64,000 nucleotides of DNA from an uncultured Faecalibacterium sp. (GCA_937993755.1 CALKMA010000006.1:14130-78129); one strand, 5' to 3'; positions 48,878 through 59,093 are shown, counted from the first letter of the stretch. Notes: generated by a model from the letters alone, not told the origin. Numbers and translations are program-made.

Positions 48878-50485
48878 ATGATCAAGATTAGCGGCATATC
48901 CTTTCCGGCTGACCGGGATCACGAAAAAGAGCTGGCGGCGGTCTGCGCCGCCCGCCTTTCGGTCAGCCCGCGTGATATCACCTCGCTCAGGCTGTTGCGC
49001 CGCTCAGTCGATGCCCGGAAAAAGGAGGACGTGCGCGTCGTCTGCACGGTTGGCGTGACGGTGCGGGGCCATGAGCGGCAGCTGGTGCGGCGGGCGCGCG
49101 ACAAAAGGATCGTGCTGGAGGAGGCGCGGCCCTATCTTCCGCCGACGCCTGCCGCCCTGCCGCCGACGCGGCCGGTCGTTGTCGGCTTCGGGCCGGCGGG
49201 GATGTTCGCGGCGCTGCTGCTGGCACGTGCCGGTCTGCGCCCCATCGTGCTGGAGCGCGGGCAGGACGTTGACACCCGCCATGAGGCGGTCGAACGCTTC
49301 TGGCAGACCGGCCGGCTCGACACAGAGAGCAACGTGCAGTTCGGTGAGGGCGGGGCCGGCACCTTTTCGGACGGCAAGCTTAATACCGGCACCGGCGACA
49401 GCCGCATCCCCTATGTGCTGGAGCAGATGGTGCGCTTCGGCGCGCCGCCGCGCATCTGTTATGACGCCAAGCCGCATATCGGGACCGACATCCTCCGCCG
49501 TGTCGTCAAAAATCTGCGGCAGGAGGTGCTGTGCCTCGGCGGCGAGGTGCGCTTCGGCGCGCGTCTGACCGGCCTGGAGACACAGCATGGCCGCGTTGCC
49601 GCCGTTTGCTACGAGCAGCAGGGGAACCGGGTGCGCCTGCCGGCCGGGGCCGTCGTTCTGGCCATCGGCCACAGCGCGCGGGACACCTTTGTCATGCTGC
49701 ACGATATGGGCCTGCCCATGGAGCCCAAGCCCTTTGCCATGGGGGTGCGCATCGAGCACCGGCAGTGCGATATCGACCGTGTGCAGTACGGCCGGTTTGC
49801 CGGAAGCCCTGCGCTCGGCCCGGCCGACTACAAGCTGAGCTGCCATACGGCGCTCGGCTCGGCCTACACCTTCTGTATGTGCCCCGGCGGCTATGTTGTG
49901 GCGGCAGCCTCCGAGGAGGGCGGCGTCGCCACCAACGGCATGAGCTATTCCGGCCGCGCCGGCAGCCATGCCAACGCCGCGCTGCTGGTGGGGCTCGACC
50001 CCGCCGACTTTCCGTATGAGGGGCCGCTTGGCGGCATGTACTGGCAGCGCGATATCGAACGGGCGGCCTTCTGCGCCGCCGGCGGCCGTTACTTCGCGCC
50101 GTGCGAGACGGTCGGCAGCTTTCTGGACCGGCCGGCCGACGACCCCGTTGAGCCGACCTACCGGCCGGGAACGGTGCCCTGCCGCCTGACCGACGTGCTG
50201 CCGGCCCGCATCACAGACGTGCTGCGGGAGGTCCTGCCTGTGCTCGGCCGGCAGCTGCCCGGCTTTGACGACCCCAACGCCGTCATGACGGCGCCTGAGA
50301 CGCGAAGCTCGTCGCCTGTGCGCATCCTGCGCGGGGCTGACGGACAGTCGGCGCTGCGCGGCCTTTTCCCGTGCGGGGAGGGGGCCGGCTATGCCGGAGG
50401 CATCACCTCGGCCGCCGTTGACGGTCTGCGCACGGCCGAGGCGGTTATAACGAGCCTGGGGGAGGACCCGGCCGCGCCCCGGTGA
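48878..50485 (+). CDS. FAD-dependent protein (COG2509-type NAD(FAD)-utilising dehydrogenase)
   Basis: 535 aa beginning MIKISGISFPADRDHE…; FAD-binding VVVGFGPAGMFAALLLARAG. Confidence 0.7.
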   Translation: MIKISGISFPADRDHEKELAAVCAARLSVSPRDITSLRLLRRSVDARKKEDVRVVCTVGVTVRGHERQLVRRARDKRIVLEEARPYLPPTPAALPPTRPVVVGFGPAGMFAALLLARAGLRPIVLERGQDVDTRHEAVERFWQTGRLDTESNVQFGEGGAGTFSDGKLNTGTGDSRIPYVLEQMVRFGAPPRICYDAKPHIGTDILRRVVKNLRQEVLCLGGEVRFGARLTGLETQHGRVAAVCYEQQGNRVRLPAGAVVLAIGHSARDTFVMLHDMGLPMEPKPFAMGVRIEHRQCDIDRVQYGRFAGSPALGPADYKLSCHTALGSAYTFCMCPGGYVVAAASEEGGVATNGMSYSGRAGSHANAALLVGLDPADFPYEGPLGGMYWQRDIERAAFCAAGGRYFAPCETVGSFLDRPADDPVEPTYRPGTVPCRLTDVLPARITDVLREVLPVLGRQLPGFDDPNAVMTAPETRSSSPVRILRGADGQSALRGLFPCGEGAGYAGGITSAAVDGLRTAEAVITSLGEDPAAPR

Positions 50486-50546
50486 GCAAATATGCCTGCC
50501 CGGCCGCCCTTTCCGACCGGCTCCCGTGCAGCCTGCTATGAAGAAC

Positions 50547-50575
50547 CTTTTCAGACAGCGCCGCTCCGATCCTTG
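50547..50575. terminator. terminator hairpin (convergent intergenic region)
   Basis: agcgccgctcc-gatccttg-gagcggcgct followed by TTTGCT. Confidence 0.5.
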
Positions 50576-50628
50576 GAGCGGCGCTTTGCTGTACGCAGGT
50601 GCGGCGGCCCTTTGGCTGAAAGAGCGGC

Positions 50629-50661
50629 AATTGCAGCAGACCGCTGCCTGTGCCAAGCACA
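50629..50661. terminator. second terminator hairpin (convergent intergenic region)
   Basis: gaccgctgcctgtg-ccaag-cacaggcagcggtc followed by TTTCATCAT. Confidence 0.5.
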
Positions 50662-50712
50662 GGCAGCGGTCTTTCATCATACGGAAGCAGAGGCCGGCGG
50701 CCTCTGGCGGCC

Positions 50713-51504
50713 CTATCCCGCGTACATTTTTCCGACGACCCAATTAGACAGGCGGCGGGGAAGCAGCTTGGACAGCAGCGCAAAGCTTTTATAGGAAAGC
50801 CCTATCGCAAGCAGCGGCCGGCTGCGCCGCTTCAGCGCGCAGCGCGCCACGAAGCGTCCGGCGGTCTCGGCCGACATGCCGCTCTTTTCATCGCGCTCCA
50901 TGGTGGCGACCGAACGGGTGATGCGGCCGGTATAGGCGTCGTCGCCGGCGTCGGATTTGAGACGGGCGTCGGTAAAGCCGGTCGCGATGTCGCCGGGCAT
51001 GACGGCGCAGACGGTGATGCCGAAGGGGCGCACCTCGTTCTGGAGCGCAAGGCTGTAGGAAAGAAGGGCCGATTTGCTCACCGAGTACCAGAGCTGAAAG
51101 GGGATGGGCAGGATACCGGCGATCGAGCTGAGAAAGACGATGCGGCCGCTGCCCTGCGCGCGCATATGCGGCAGGACGGCGCGCACCAGCCGGTCGGCTC
51201 CGAAAAGGTTGACCTCAAGCTGCCGGCGGGAGGCCTCAGGCAGGGTCGTTTCGGCAGCGCCGGAGATGCCCATGCCGGCGTTGTTGACAAGGATGTCGAT
51301 GCGGCCGGCCTCTTCCATGACGCACGCCACGGCCTGCCGCACCTGCTCTTCGCTGGTGATGTCGCAGGTGACGTGCCGAACGCCCGGCTGCGGCTGCTCG
51401 CGGCGTGAGAATTCATAGACCAGACAACCGGCGCGGGCAAGGGCGGCCGCCGTGCAGCGCCCGATGCCGCTGCTGCCGCCCGTAACGATGGCGACCTTAT
51501 TCAT
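50713..51504 (-). CDS. SDR family oxidoreductase (classical short-chain dehydrogenase)
   Basis: 263 aa with TGGSSGIG, NNAG and YSVSKSAL (YxxxK); overlaps the upstream alpha-oxoamine synthase gene by 8 nt. Confidence 0.85.
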   Translation of the reverse strand: MNKVAIVTGGSSGIGRCTAAALARAGCLVYEFSRREQPQPGVRHVTCDITSEEQVRQAVACVMEEAGRIDILVNNAGMGISGAAETTLPEASRRQLEVNLFGADRLVRAVLPHMRAQGSGRIVFLSSIAGILPIPFQLWYSVSKSALLSYSLALQNEVRPFGITVCAVMPGDIATGFTDARLKSDAGDDAYTGRITRSVATMERDEKSGMSAETAGRFVARCALKRRSRPLLAIGLSYKSFALLSKLLPRRLSNWVVGKMYAG

Positions 51505-52678
51505 GGCTGTCTCCCAGCACGCGCCCGATGATCCCGACGGCCTCGTCGATGAGCGGCCTGGTCAGTGAAGCCATATAGCTGGTGCGCAGCAGGCAGGCGT
51601 TTGGCTCAGTGGCCGGCGGCAGCACCGGGTTGACATAGACGCCGGCGTCGTACAGCTCCTTGGCCCGGCGCAGCGTGTTTTCCATATCATAGGTGTAGAT
51701 GGGGATGATGGGTGTGATGGAGTCGATGATGGGGATCTGCCGCGCCACCAGACCGGCGCGGGCGTAGGCGGCAAGGCTGAGCAGATGGTCGGGCAGCTCA
51801 GGGTGCGCCCTGAGATAGCGCAGCGAGGCCAGCGCCACGGCGCAGGCCGACGGCGGGATGGAGGCCGAGAAGATAAAGGGGCGGGACTTGTGCCGGACAT
51901 ATTCGCAGACGGCCTTTGAAGCCGCCATGTAGCCGCCGAGGCTGGCCAGCGATTTGGAAAAGGTGCCCATGATGATATCGACCCTGTCCTCAAGCCCGAA
52001 ATAGCTGGCTGTGCCGCGGCCGCCCTCGCCGATGACGCCGAGGCCGTGGGCGTCATCCACCATGACGCGCGCGCCGTATTTTTCGGCCAGCGCCACGATC
52101 TCCGGCAGCTTGGCGATATCGCCGCCCATTGAAAATACGCCGTCGGTGACGATCAGGATGCCGCCGCTGCCGCCGCTGATCTTTTGCAGCGTGTGCTCCA
52201 GATCCGCCATGTCGGCGTGGCGGTAGCGCAGCATCCTGCCGTAGCTCAGCCGGCAGCCGTCGTAGATGCTGGCGTGGTTCTCGCGGTCGCAGACGACATA
52301 ATCGCTGCGGCCGACCAGCGCGCTGATGATGCCGAGATTGGACTGAAAGCCGGTCGAAAAGGTGACGGCGTCCTCCTTCCGAACAAAATCAGCCAGCTCC
52401 TTTTCAAGCTCCAGATGCATCTCAAGGGTGCCGTTGAGGAAGCGGGAGCCGGAGCAGCCGGTGCCGTAGCGCTCAAAGGCCCGGATGCCGGCCTCGACCA
52501 CCGACGGCTCGGTCGTCAGGCCGAGATAGTTGTTGGAGCCAAGCATGATGCGGCGCTTGCCTTCCATGATGACCTCGGTGTCCTGCCGCGACTCAAGGGC
52601 GTGAAAATAGGGATAGATGCCCTTGGCGCGGTATTCGTCTGCCAGTGTGAAATCCGTACATTTTTTGAAAAGATCCAT
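51497..52678 (-). CDS. alpha-oxoamine synthase family PLP enzyme, serine-palmitoyltransferase-like
   Basis: 393 aa; collinear similarity with Sphingomonas SPT as recalled (FSTGFQSNLGIISALVG…DRENHASIYDGC, GTFSKSLASLGGY, RPFIFSASIPPS). Confidence 0.75.
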   Translation of the reverse strand: MDLFKKCTDFTLADEYRAKGIYPYFHALESRQDTEVIMEGKRRIMLGSNNYLGLTTEPSVVEAGIRAFERYGTGCSGSRFLNGTLEMHLELEKELADFVRKEDAVTFSTGFQSNLGIISALVGRSDYVVCDRENHASIYDGCRLSYGRMLRYRHADMADLEHTLQKISGGSGGILIVTDGVFSMGGDIAKLPEIVALAEKYGARVMVDDAHGLGVIGEGGRGTASYFGLEDRVDIIMGTFSKSLASLGGYMAASKAVCEYVRHKSRPFIFSASIPPSACAVALASLRYLRAHPELPDHLLSLAAYARAGLVARQIPIIDSITPIIPIYTYDMENTLRRAKELYDAGVYVNPVLPPATEPNACLLRTSYMASLTRPLIDEAVGIIGRVLGDSHE

Positions 52679-52850
52679 ATAAACCTCCTGCGCCGGACGG
52701 CGCTGTTATTCCGGGTCTGCGAAAGGCTTCTGCCGGTCGGTCCGGCCCACAGCCGCGCGGATATGAGCGGATAGCTGTTGTTTATCTAATCCTATGGATC
52801 ATCATATCACGTCAAATGGATTATGTCAATAAAATTCATCCGACCGGAGC

Positions 52851-52879
52851 TTGAATGCCGGACAAAGTGATAGTATAAT
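52851..52879 (+). promoter_or_regulatory. candidate sigma70 promoter of DUF1836 gene
   Basis: TTGAAT-17 nt-TATAAT in the AT-rich divergent intergenic region. Confidence 0.4.
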
Positions 52880-52966
52880 ATAGGTAATGGCAAGCGGGCC
52901 GCCTTTGGCCGGCGCCGATGCGGGAAAGGAACGGCGGGCGCCGCTGCGCCGGAATGGGGGACACAC

Positions 52967-53566
52967 ATGAAATTCGACAAAGAGCTGATCGCCGGCAAGC
53001 TGCGCCGGTGGGAGAAATATCTCGGCAGCTACCGGCTGCCCGACTGGGAGGAGCTGCCGGATATCGGCCTGTATATGGAGCAGGTCGTGACGCTGCTCAA
53101 GGGCTATCTCAATTATCTGCCGCCTGAGCTGGAGGAGGAGCAGTTCATCACGCCGGCCGCCATCAACAACTATGTGCGCAAAAAGATCATGCCGGAGCCG
53201 GTCAGGAAAAAGTATTACCGCGTTCAGATCGCCTATCTCATCATGATCTGCACCCTCAAGCACTGCCTGAGCATCCCGACCCTGCAGACGATGCTTCCGC
53301 GGGGGATGACAGAGGCCGAGGTCGAGCATACCTATACGGCCTATGTCAACCGCCATCGGATCGCTTCGGATTTCTATGTCCGTCAGGTGCGCGAGGCGGC
53401 CGCCGGTATCCTCGACCAGCAGTCGTATTCGGAGCTGGCTACCGACGATACCACCGATCTGATCGTTTCGGCGGCTGTCATCAGCGGCTTTTCGCGGCTG
53501 CTGGCCGAAAAGCTGCTGCTGCTCGACGGCAAGACGCTGGAGACCGGCGGCAGCATCGAGTTTTGA
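52967..53566 (+). CDS. DUF1836 domain protein
   Basis: 199-aa MKFDKELIAGKLRRWEKYLGSYRLPDWEELPDIGLYMEQVV… recalled as DUF1836-like. Confidence 0.5.
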   Translation: MKFDKELIAGKLRRWEKYLGSYRLPDWEELPDIGLYMEQVVTLLKGYLNYLPPELEEEQFITPAAINNYVRKKIMPEPVRKKYYRVQIAYLIMICTLKHCLSIPTLQTMLPRGMTEAEVEHTYTAYVNRHRIASDFYVRQVREAAAGILDQQSYSELATDDTTDLIVSAAVISGFSRLLAEKLLLLDGKTLETGGSIEF

Positions 53567-53793
53567 GTGCCCCGCTTGGCCGGAAACGGCTGCCGGCGCC
53601 CCGATCGGGCTTGCCCGTGCCGGAGCGGTCCGGCGCCCGACAATGATTTTCAACGGCAAACACCCCCGCCGCCATGCTTTCCGTATGGCTTCGGGGGTGT
53701 CCTTTGATTTTGGAGCGGGCAGGGCACTCCCGCGGCGGGCGGGGCGCTTTGCCGCCGGACTGTAGGATGCTTTATCGCGCCGCAGACGGGCCT

Positions 53794-54148
53794 GCGGCGG
53801 CCTCATGAAATACGGCTTTATATCGGAATGTCCGCCGCCCGGCCAAAGCAGCGTAAGCCCGGAACGCTTTCGGTACGCCGGAGCCGCGAGCCTTCAGGCG
53901 GCTTGCCCGCCGGCTCAGCTTTCTCAGCAAAGCACCGGCTCCGAATGGCAAAGCGGGGGAGCGCCGTTCCGGCCCGCGGCGGCCTCATGAAATACGGCTT
54001 TATATCGGAATGTCCGCCGCCCGGCCAAAGCAGCGTAAGCCCGGAACGCTTTCGGTACGCCGGAGCCGCGAGCCTTCAGGCGGCTTGCCCGCCGGCTCAG
54101 CTTTCTCTGCAAAGCACCGGCTCCGAATGGCAAAGCGGGGGAGCGCCG
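53794..54148. repeat. tandem duplication, 182-bp unit x2 (1 SNP)
   Basis: gcggcggcctcatgaaatacggctttatatcggaatgtccgcc… repeated at 53794 and 53976, in a convergent intergenic region. Confidence 0.85.
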
Positions 54149-54168
54149 CAAACGGGCTTACACGCCGG

Positions 54169-55689
54169 CTATCCGCGCTCCCAGTATTTGCTGTCAAGCG
54201 CCCGGAACTGCACGGCCGACGCGATATGCCGCTTTTCGATGGTTTCGCAGCCCTCCAGATCGGCAATGGTGCGCGCCGTTTTGAGCAGCTTGCTGTGGGC
54301 GCGGGCCGACATCGACAGCCGCTCAAAGGCACTTTGCATGAACCGCTCGGCTTCGGGCGTCAGCCGGCAGAACCTTTTGATCAGCGCCGGCGGGATGTGG
54401 GCGTTCAGCTCAAAGCCCAGCCCCGCGTAGCGGGCCTTCTGCCGCGCGCGGGCGGCCACCACCCGCTTCAGGATATCGGCGCTGCTTTCGCCCGCGCTGC
54501 CGGTCAGTGTGGCGTAATCGACGGCGGGCACCTCGACGTGCATATCGATGCGGTCGAGCAGCGGGCCGGAGACGCGGCCGAGATAGCGCTCAATCTGGTA
54601 GGGGGCGCAGGTGCATTTTTTCTTGGGGTTGCCGAAGTTGCCGCAGGGACAGGGGTTCATGGCGGCGACCAGCATGACCGAGCAGGGGTAGGTGTAGGCG
54701 CCATAGGCGCGCGACAGCGTGACGCAGCCGTTTTCCAGCGGCTGGCGCAGCGAATCGAGCGTGCTGCGCGGGAATTCGGGCAGCTCGTCCAGAAACAGAA
54801 CGCCGCAGTTGGCCTTTGATATTTCGCCCGGCAGCGGCACCGTGCCGCCGCCGATCAGCCCCACGGTAGAGGCCGTGTGGTGCGGCGCGCGGTAGGGGCG
54901 TGTGGTGATGAGCGACCGCCCGGAAAGCTCGCCTGCGGCCGAATAGATCTTGGTGACCTCAATGGCCTCGTCATAGTCGAGCGGCGGCAGGATGGTGGGC
55001 ATACGCTCGGCCAGCATGCTCTTGCCGCTGCCGGCCGGGCCGATCAGCAGGACATTGTGGCCGCCGGCTGCGGCGATCTCCATGGCGAGGCGGGCGCGGT
55101 ACTGCCCCTTGACATCGGAAAAATCGACGCCGTAGCTGACCGGCATGGCTGAAAAATCGGGGCGCGGCTGTCGGGCCAGCGGCTGCTCGCCGCGCAGATG
55201 GTGCAGCACGTCGGCGGCGTGGGCGGCGCCGTAGACCTCGACGTCGGCAAAGGCGGCCTCGCCGGCGTTTTCAAGCGGCACAAAGAGCCGCCTGACACCC
55301 GCCGCGGCCGCAGCCTGTGCAATGGAAATAGCTCCGCTGACGGGACGCAGCTCGCCGTTCAGCCCCAGCTCGCCGACAAAGGCACAGTCGGCCGTATCGC
55401 AGCACAGCTCGCCCGATGCCTTGGCGACGGCCAGCAGGATGGGAAGGTCGAAGGCGGGGCCGGACTTGCGCACGTCGGCCGGGGCAAGATTGACCGTGAC
55501 CTTGGCGGTCGGGAAATTGAGACCGCAGTTTTTGGCCGCGAAGCGGACGCGGTCCTTGGATTCCGACACCGAGGCGTCGGGCAGGCCGACGATGTCGAAC
55601 GACGGAAAGCCTCGCGCCGTGTCGGCCTCTGCCTTCACCTCATAGCCGTTGAGCCCGAAAACGCCGAATGTCCTGATATCAGCATACAT
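54169..55689 (-). CDS. comM: YifB family Mg-chelatase-like AAA+ ATPase
   Basis: Starts MYADIRTFGV…; Lon-like N-domain, Walker A GPAGSGKS and a ChlI-type C-domain; ~506 aa. Confidence 0.85.
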   Translation of the reverse strand: MYADIRTFGVFGLNGYEVKAEADTARGFPSFDIVGLPDASVSESKDRVRFAAKNCGLNFPTAKVTVNLAPADVRKSGPAFDLPILLAVAKASGELCCDTADCAFVGELGLNGELRPVSGAISIAQAAAAAGVRRLFVPLENAGEAAFADVEVYGAAHAADVLHHLRGEQPLARQPRPDFSAMPVSYGVDFSDVKGQYRARLAMEIAAAGGHNVLLIGPAGSGKSMLAERMPTILPPLDYDEAIEVTKIYSAAGELSGRSLITTRPYRAPHHTASTVGLIGGGTVPLPGEISKANCGVLFLDELPEFPRSTLDSLRQPLENGCVTLSRAYGAYTYPCSVMLVAAMNPCPCGNFGNPKKKCTCAPYQIERYLGRVSGPLLDRIDMHVEVPAVDYATLTGSAGESSADILKRVVAARARQKARYAGLGFELNAHIPPALIKRFCRLTPEAERFMQSAFERLSMSARAHSKLLKTARTIADLEGCETIEKRHIASAVQFRALDSKYWERG

Positions 55690-55820
55690 ATCTGTCACCG
55701 CCAAAATATTTCTTCTCTTTAATGATAGCAAAAAATCACAAAAATACAAGTTGTTGTGGCGCAAAAGATACTTCTATGGTAAAATAGAGCCAAGAACAAC
55801 GATAACAGGAGGGTTTCACG

Positions 55821-57530
55821 TTGGATTATAAAGAACGCGCACAGGAATGGATAGCCAAAGCGGCCGATCCGGCCCTGAAGGCTGAGCTGGCGGCGATAGC
55901 CGGCGATGACAACGAGCTGAAGGAGCGCTTTGTCAATGAAATGAGCTTTGGTACAGCCGGTATCCGCGGCAAGATGGGTGTCGGCGTCTCCCGCATGAAC
56001 ATCTATACCGTCCGCCGCGTCACACAGGGGCTGGCCGATCATATCAACGGCGTGTATGGGGGCGGCAGTGTCGCCGTTTCCTATGACACCCGCCACAACA
56101 GCGAGCTGTTTGCCCATGAGACGGCCGAGGTGCTGGCCGCCAATGGCATCGGCGTCGCCATTTACCCCACGGCCGAGCCGACGCCCATGCTTTCCTTCGC
56201 TGTGCGGCAGCTTGGTTGCACGATGGGCGTTATGATAACGGCCTCACACAATCCGGCGGCCTACAACGGCTACAAGGTCTTTGACGGCAACGGCTGTCAG
56301 ATCACCGAGAGCGACGCCGATCTCATCCTGCACTGCATCGAGCGCCTCGATTATTTCGACGGCATCCGCCATCAGCCCATTGACTGGCAGAACGTGCCGG
56401 CTGAGGTGCTGGTGATCGGCCGGCGCGTGGTGGAGGAATACCACCGCGCCGTGCTGGCCGCCTGTGTTGAGACAAAGCCGGCGCTGCTTGAAAAGCTGAA
56501 GGTGGCCTATACGCCGCTTCACGGCACCGGTTACCGCCATGTGACGGCGCTGCTGGAGCAGATCGGCGTCAGGCAGCTGCATATCGTCGAGGAGCAGCGC
56601 GAGCCGGACGGTGATTTTACGACCTGCGAATATCCCAATCCCGAAACGGCGGCGGCGCTTGAGCGCGGCATTGCGCTGATGCTGGAGCAGCAGTGTGATA
56701 TCCTGCTGGCCACCGACCCCGACGCCGACCGCATCGGCGTGGCCGTGCGGCAGGGGAACGAGGCAAGGATCTTGACGGGGAACGACATCGGCGCGCTGCT
56801 GCTGGATTACATCATCCGCGCCCGCCAGGCCGACGGTACGCTGCCGGCCCGGCCCGTCGCCGTGCGAAGCATGGTTTCGACGGCGCTGGCAGACCGCATC
56901 GCCGAAAAGGCAGGCGTTGAGCTGCGCTGCGTGCTGACCGGCTTCAAATACATCGGTGAGCAGATCCACCTGCTGGAGCAGGCGGGCGAGCAGGAGCGCT
57001 TCATCTTCGGCTTTGAGGAGAGCTGCGGTTATCTTTCGGGCGAATATGTGCGCGATAAGGACGCCCAGAACGCCGCCGTGCTCATCGCCGGCATGGCGGC
57101 GGCCTGCAAGAAGCAGGGGCGGACGCTGGCCGACGCGCTGGAGGAGCTTTACCGCACGTTCGGTTACTATAAAACGCGGACCATCAGCTTTTCCTTCGAG
57201 GGCCTGAGCGGGGCCAGGGTCATGGCCGATAAGATGGCCGCCTTCCGCAGACAGGCACCGGCGCAGCTGGCCGGCCGTGCCATCGTCGGCACTGCCGACT
57301 ATCAGACAGGCATCCGCCGCAGCGCGGCGCTCGGCACCGAGACCCCCATCGGCCTGCCGAAGTCCGATATCATTGAGTGGGATCTTGCGGGCGGCGGGCG
57401 CGTTATCGTGCGGCCGTCGGGCACCGAGCCGAAGATCAAGGTTTATCTGATGGCGGCCGAGCCGAGCGAGGAGCAGTCAAAGGCTCTGATCGATGCGCTC
57501 GAAAAGGAGCTGACAGGAGAAATGGCATAG
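55821..57530 (+). CDS. phospho-sugar mutase (phosphoglucomutase/phosphomannomutase family)
   Basis: 569 aa with the active-site loop TASHNP and the FGTAGIRG motif; apparent TTG start after GGAGGG. Confidence 0.85.
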   Translation: MDYKERAQEWIAKAADPALKAELAAIAGDDNELKERFVNEMSFGTAGIRGKMGVGVSRMNIYTVRRVTQGLADHINGVYGGGSVAVSYDTRHNSELFAHETAEVLAANGIGVAIYPTAEPTPMLSFAVRQLGCTMGVMITASHNPAAYNGYKVFDGNGCQITESDADLILHCIERLDYFDGIRHQPIDWQNVPAEVLVIGRRVVEEYHRAVLAACVETKPALLEKLKVAYTPLHGTGYRHVTALLEQIGVRQLHIVEEQREPDGDFTTCEYPNPETAAALERGIALMLEQQCDILLATDPDADRIGVAVRQGNEARILTGNDIGALLLDYIIRARQADGTLPARPVAVRSMVSTALADRIAEKAGVELRCVLTGFKYIGEQIHLLEQAGEQERFIFGFEESCGYLSGEYVRDKDAQNAAVLIAGMAAACKKQGRTLADALEELYRTFGYYKTRTISFSFEGLSGARVMADKMAAFRRQAPAQLAGRAIVGTADYQTGIRRSAALGTETPIGLPKSDIIEWDLAGGGRVIVRPSGTEPKIKVYLMAAEPSEEQSKALIDALEKELTGEMA

Positions 57531-57918
57531 CCGCCGCGCCCCGCGCGCCGCGCGCTTGTCCGAGCGTGCGCGGCGGAGGCAAAGGAGCATATGTTTTCAG
57601 ACCGCGCTTTGTGGCGTGTGCCCGGCCGGGCATGGAGAGCGGGCGGAGGCCGCGTGACGCGGGCCGCGCCCCGTGAGGCAGGCGCTTGCCTGAGCCGCCG
57701 GAAACAGCGCCCGGCCCGGCGCCGGCTTATAACTTTGGCTCTTTATGAGCCGGCCGCGCCGCCGGGCCTTTGCTGCCGGCGGCAGCCCTGTCAGCGCCAC
57801 TGCCGCGCCGCCGGAGCCGTCACGAAAAGTTTCCGCCCGCCGCGCAAAACGGTTGAAACCGGTCGGGAATGTGATATAATAATGTTATAACAAATTCTTC
57901 GGGGAGGATCTTTACCAT

Positions 57919-59031
57919 ATGATCATCAAAAATGCGAACGTGTTTCTGCTCGACCGTTTTGAAAAGGCCGACATCAAGCTCGAAGGCGACCGTATTGTCG
58001 GCGTCGGTCATTTTGAGGGCGATGGGATCGACGCCGAGGGTCTTTACGCCGTGCCAGGCTTTGTTGATATCCATATCCATGGAGCCGATGACTATGATTT
58101 CTGCGATGCGACGGTCGAGGGCCTCGGCCGGATGGCCCGTTACCTCGGCAAAAAGGGCGTGACGTCCTTCCTTGCCACCTCGCTGACCGTCGGGGAGGAC
58201 ACGCTGATGGCCGGCTGCCGCGCCGTCCGCGCGTTCCGTGAGCTTGAGCCTGAGCCGGGCGCCGCTGTCCTTCGCGGCATCAACATGGAGGGCCCTTACA
58301 TCAACCCAGCCAAAAAGGGCGCGCAGCCGCTCGAATTCGTCGTGCGCCCCGATTATGAGCAGTTCCGCCGCCTCAACGAGGCCAGCGGCGGCGTCATCAA
58401 GCTGTGCGACATTGCCCCGGAGGTCGAAGGATCCAAAGAATTCATGGAAAAGGCCAGGGGGGAGACGGTCATCAGCATCGCCCACACCGCGGCCAACTAT
58501 GATCAGGCCGTTGAGGCGCTGCACAACGGCGCCACGCACATCACGCATCTTTACAATGCCATGAACGGCCTTGGCCATCGCGAGCCGGGCGTCGTCGGGG
58601 CGGCGGCCGATTATGCCGAATATGCCGAGCTGATCACCGACGGTCTGCACGTCCATCCCGCTGCCGTCCGCGCCGCTTTCAAGCTGCTGGGCTACAAGCG
58701 CATCTGCATCATCAGCGACGCGCTGCGCGCCATGGGCATGGCCGACGGTGCGTATGAGCTGGGCGGCCACACCATCATCGTGAAGGACGGTCTGGCCCGC
58801 CTGACTGACGGCACCATCGCCGGCGGCTGCAACCCTGTTTCCGAAAATGTCCGCCGCGCCATCAGCTTTGGCATCGACCCTGTCGAGGCCATTTACAGCG
58901 GCACCGTCAGTCCGGCCAAGTCGGTCGGTCTGTTCGACGAGGTCGGCAGCATCGAGCCGGGCAAGCGCGCCGATATCGTGCTGATGAATCCCGACTTCAC
59001 CGTTGAGCGTGTCATCATCGGCGGGAAATAA
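57919..59031 (+). CDS. nagA: N-acetylglucosamine-6-phosphate deacetylase
   Basis: 370-aa amidohydrolase with GFVDIHIHG and a NagA-like C-terminus; promoter-like TATAAT and a GGGGAGG RBS upstream. Confidence 0.85.
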   Translation: MIIKNANVFLLDRFEKADIKLEGDRIVGVGHFEGDGIDAEGLYAVPGFVDIHIHGADDYDFCDATVEGLGRMARYLGKKGVTSFLATSLTVGEDTLMAGCRAVRAFRELEPEPGAAVLRGINMEGPYINPAKKGAQPLEFVVRPDYEQFRRLNEASGGVIKLCDIAPEVEGSKEFMEKARGETVISIAHTAANYDQAVEALHNGATHITHLYNAMNGLGHREPGVVGAAADYAEYAELITDGLHVHPAAVRAAFKLLGYKRICIISDALRAMGMADGAYELGGHTIIVKDGLARLTDGTIAGGCNPVSENVRRAISFGIDPVEAIYSGTVSPAKSVGLFDEVGSIEPGKRADIVLMNPDFTVERVIIGGK

Positions 59032-59050
59032 ACAATACCGGCGATATATC

Positions 59051-59093
59051 AGCTGAAAGAGCGGCTCCCCTGCCCGGCAGGGGAGCCGCTCTT
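59051..59093 (+). terminator. terminator-like perfect hairpin after nagA
   Basis: agagcggctcccctgc-ccgg-caggggagccgctct (16-bp stem); weak U-tract. Confidence 0.45.

Noticed and set aside
49004-50743. 579-aa minus-strand ORF
   Set aside because: It is antisense to the FAD-dependent protein gene (48878-50485) and its translation is low complexity.
53805-54819. ORFs 53805-53990, 53828-54430 and 54010-54819 on the plus strand
   Set aside because: They are the same frame repeated through the 182-bp duplication and then antisense to comM. There is no RBS and the composition is Ala/Arg/Pro-rich GC artefact.
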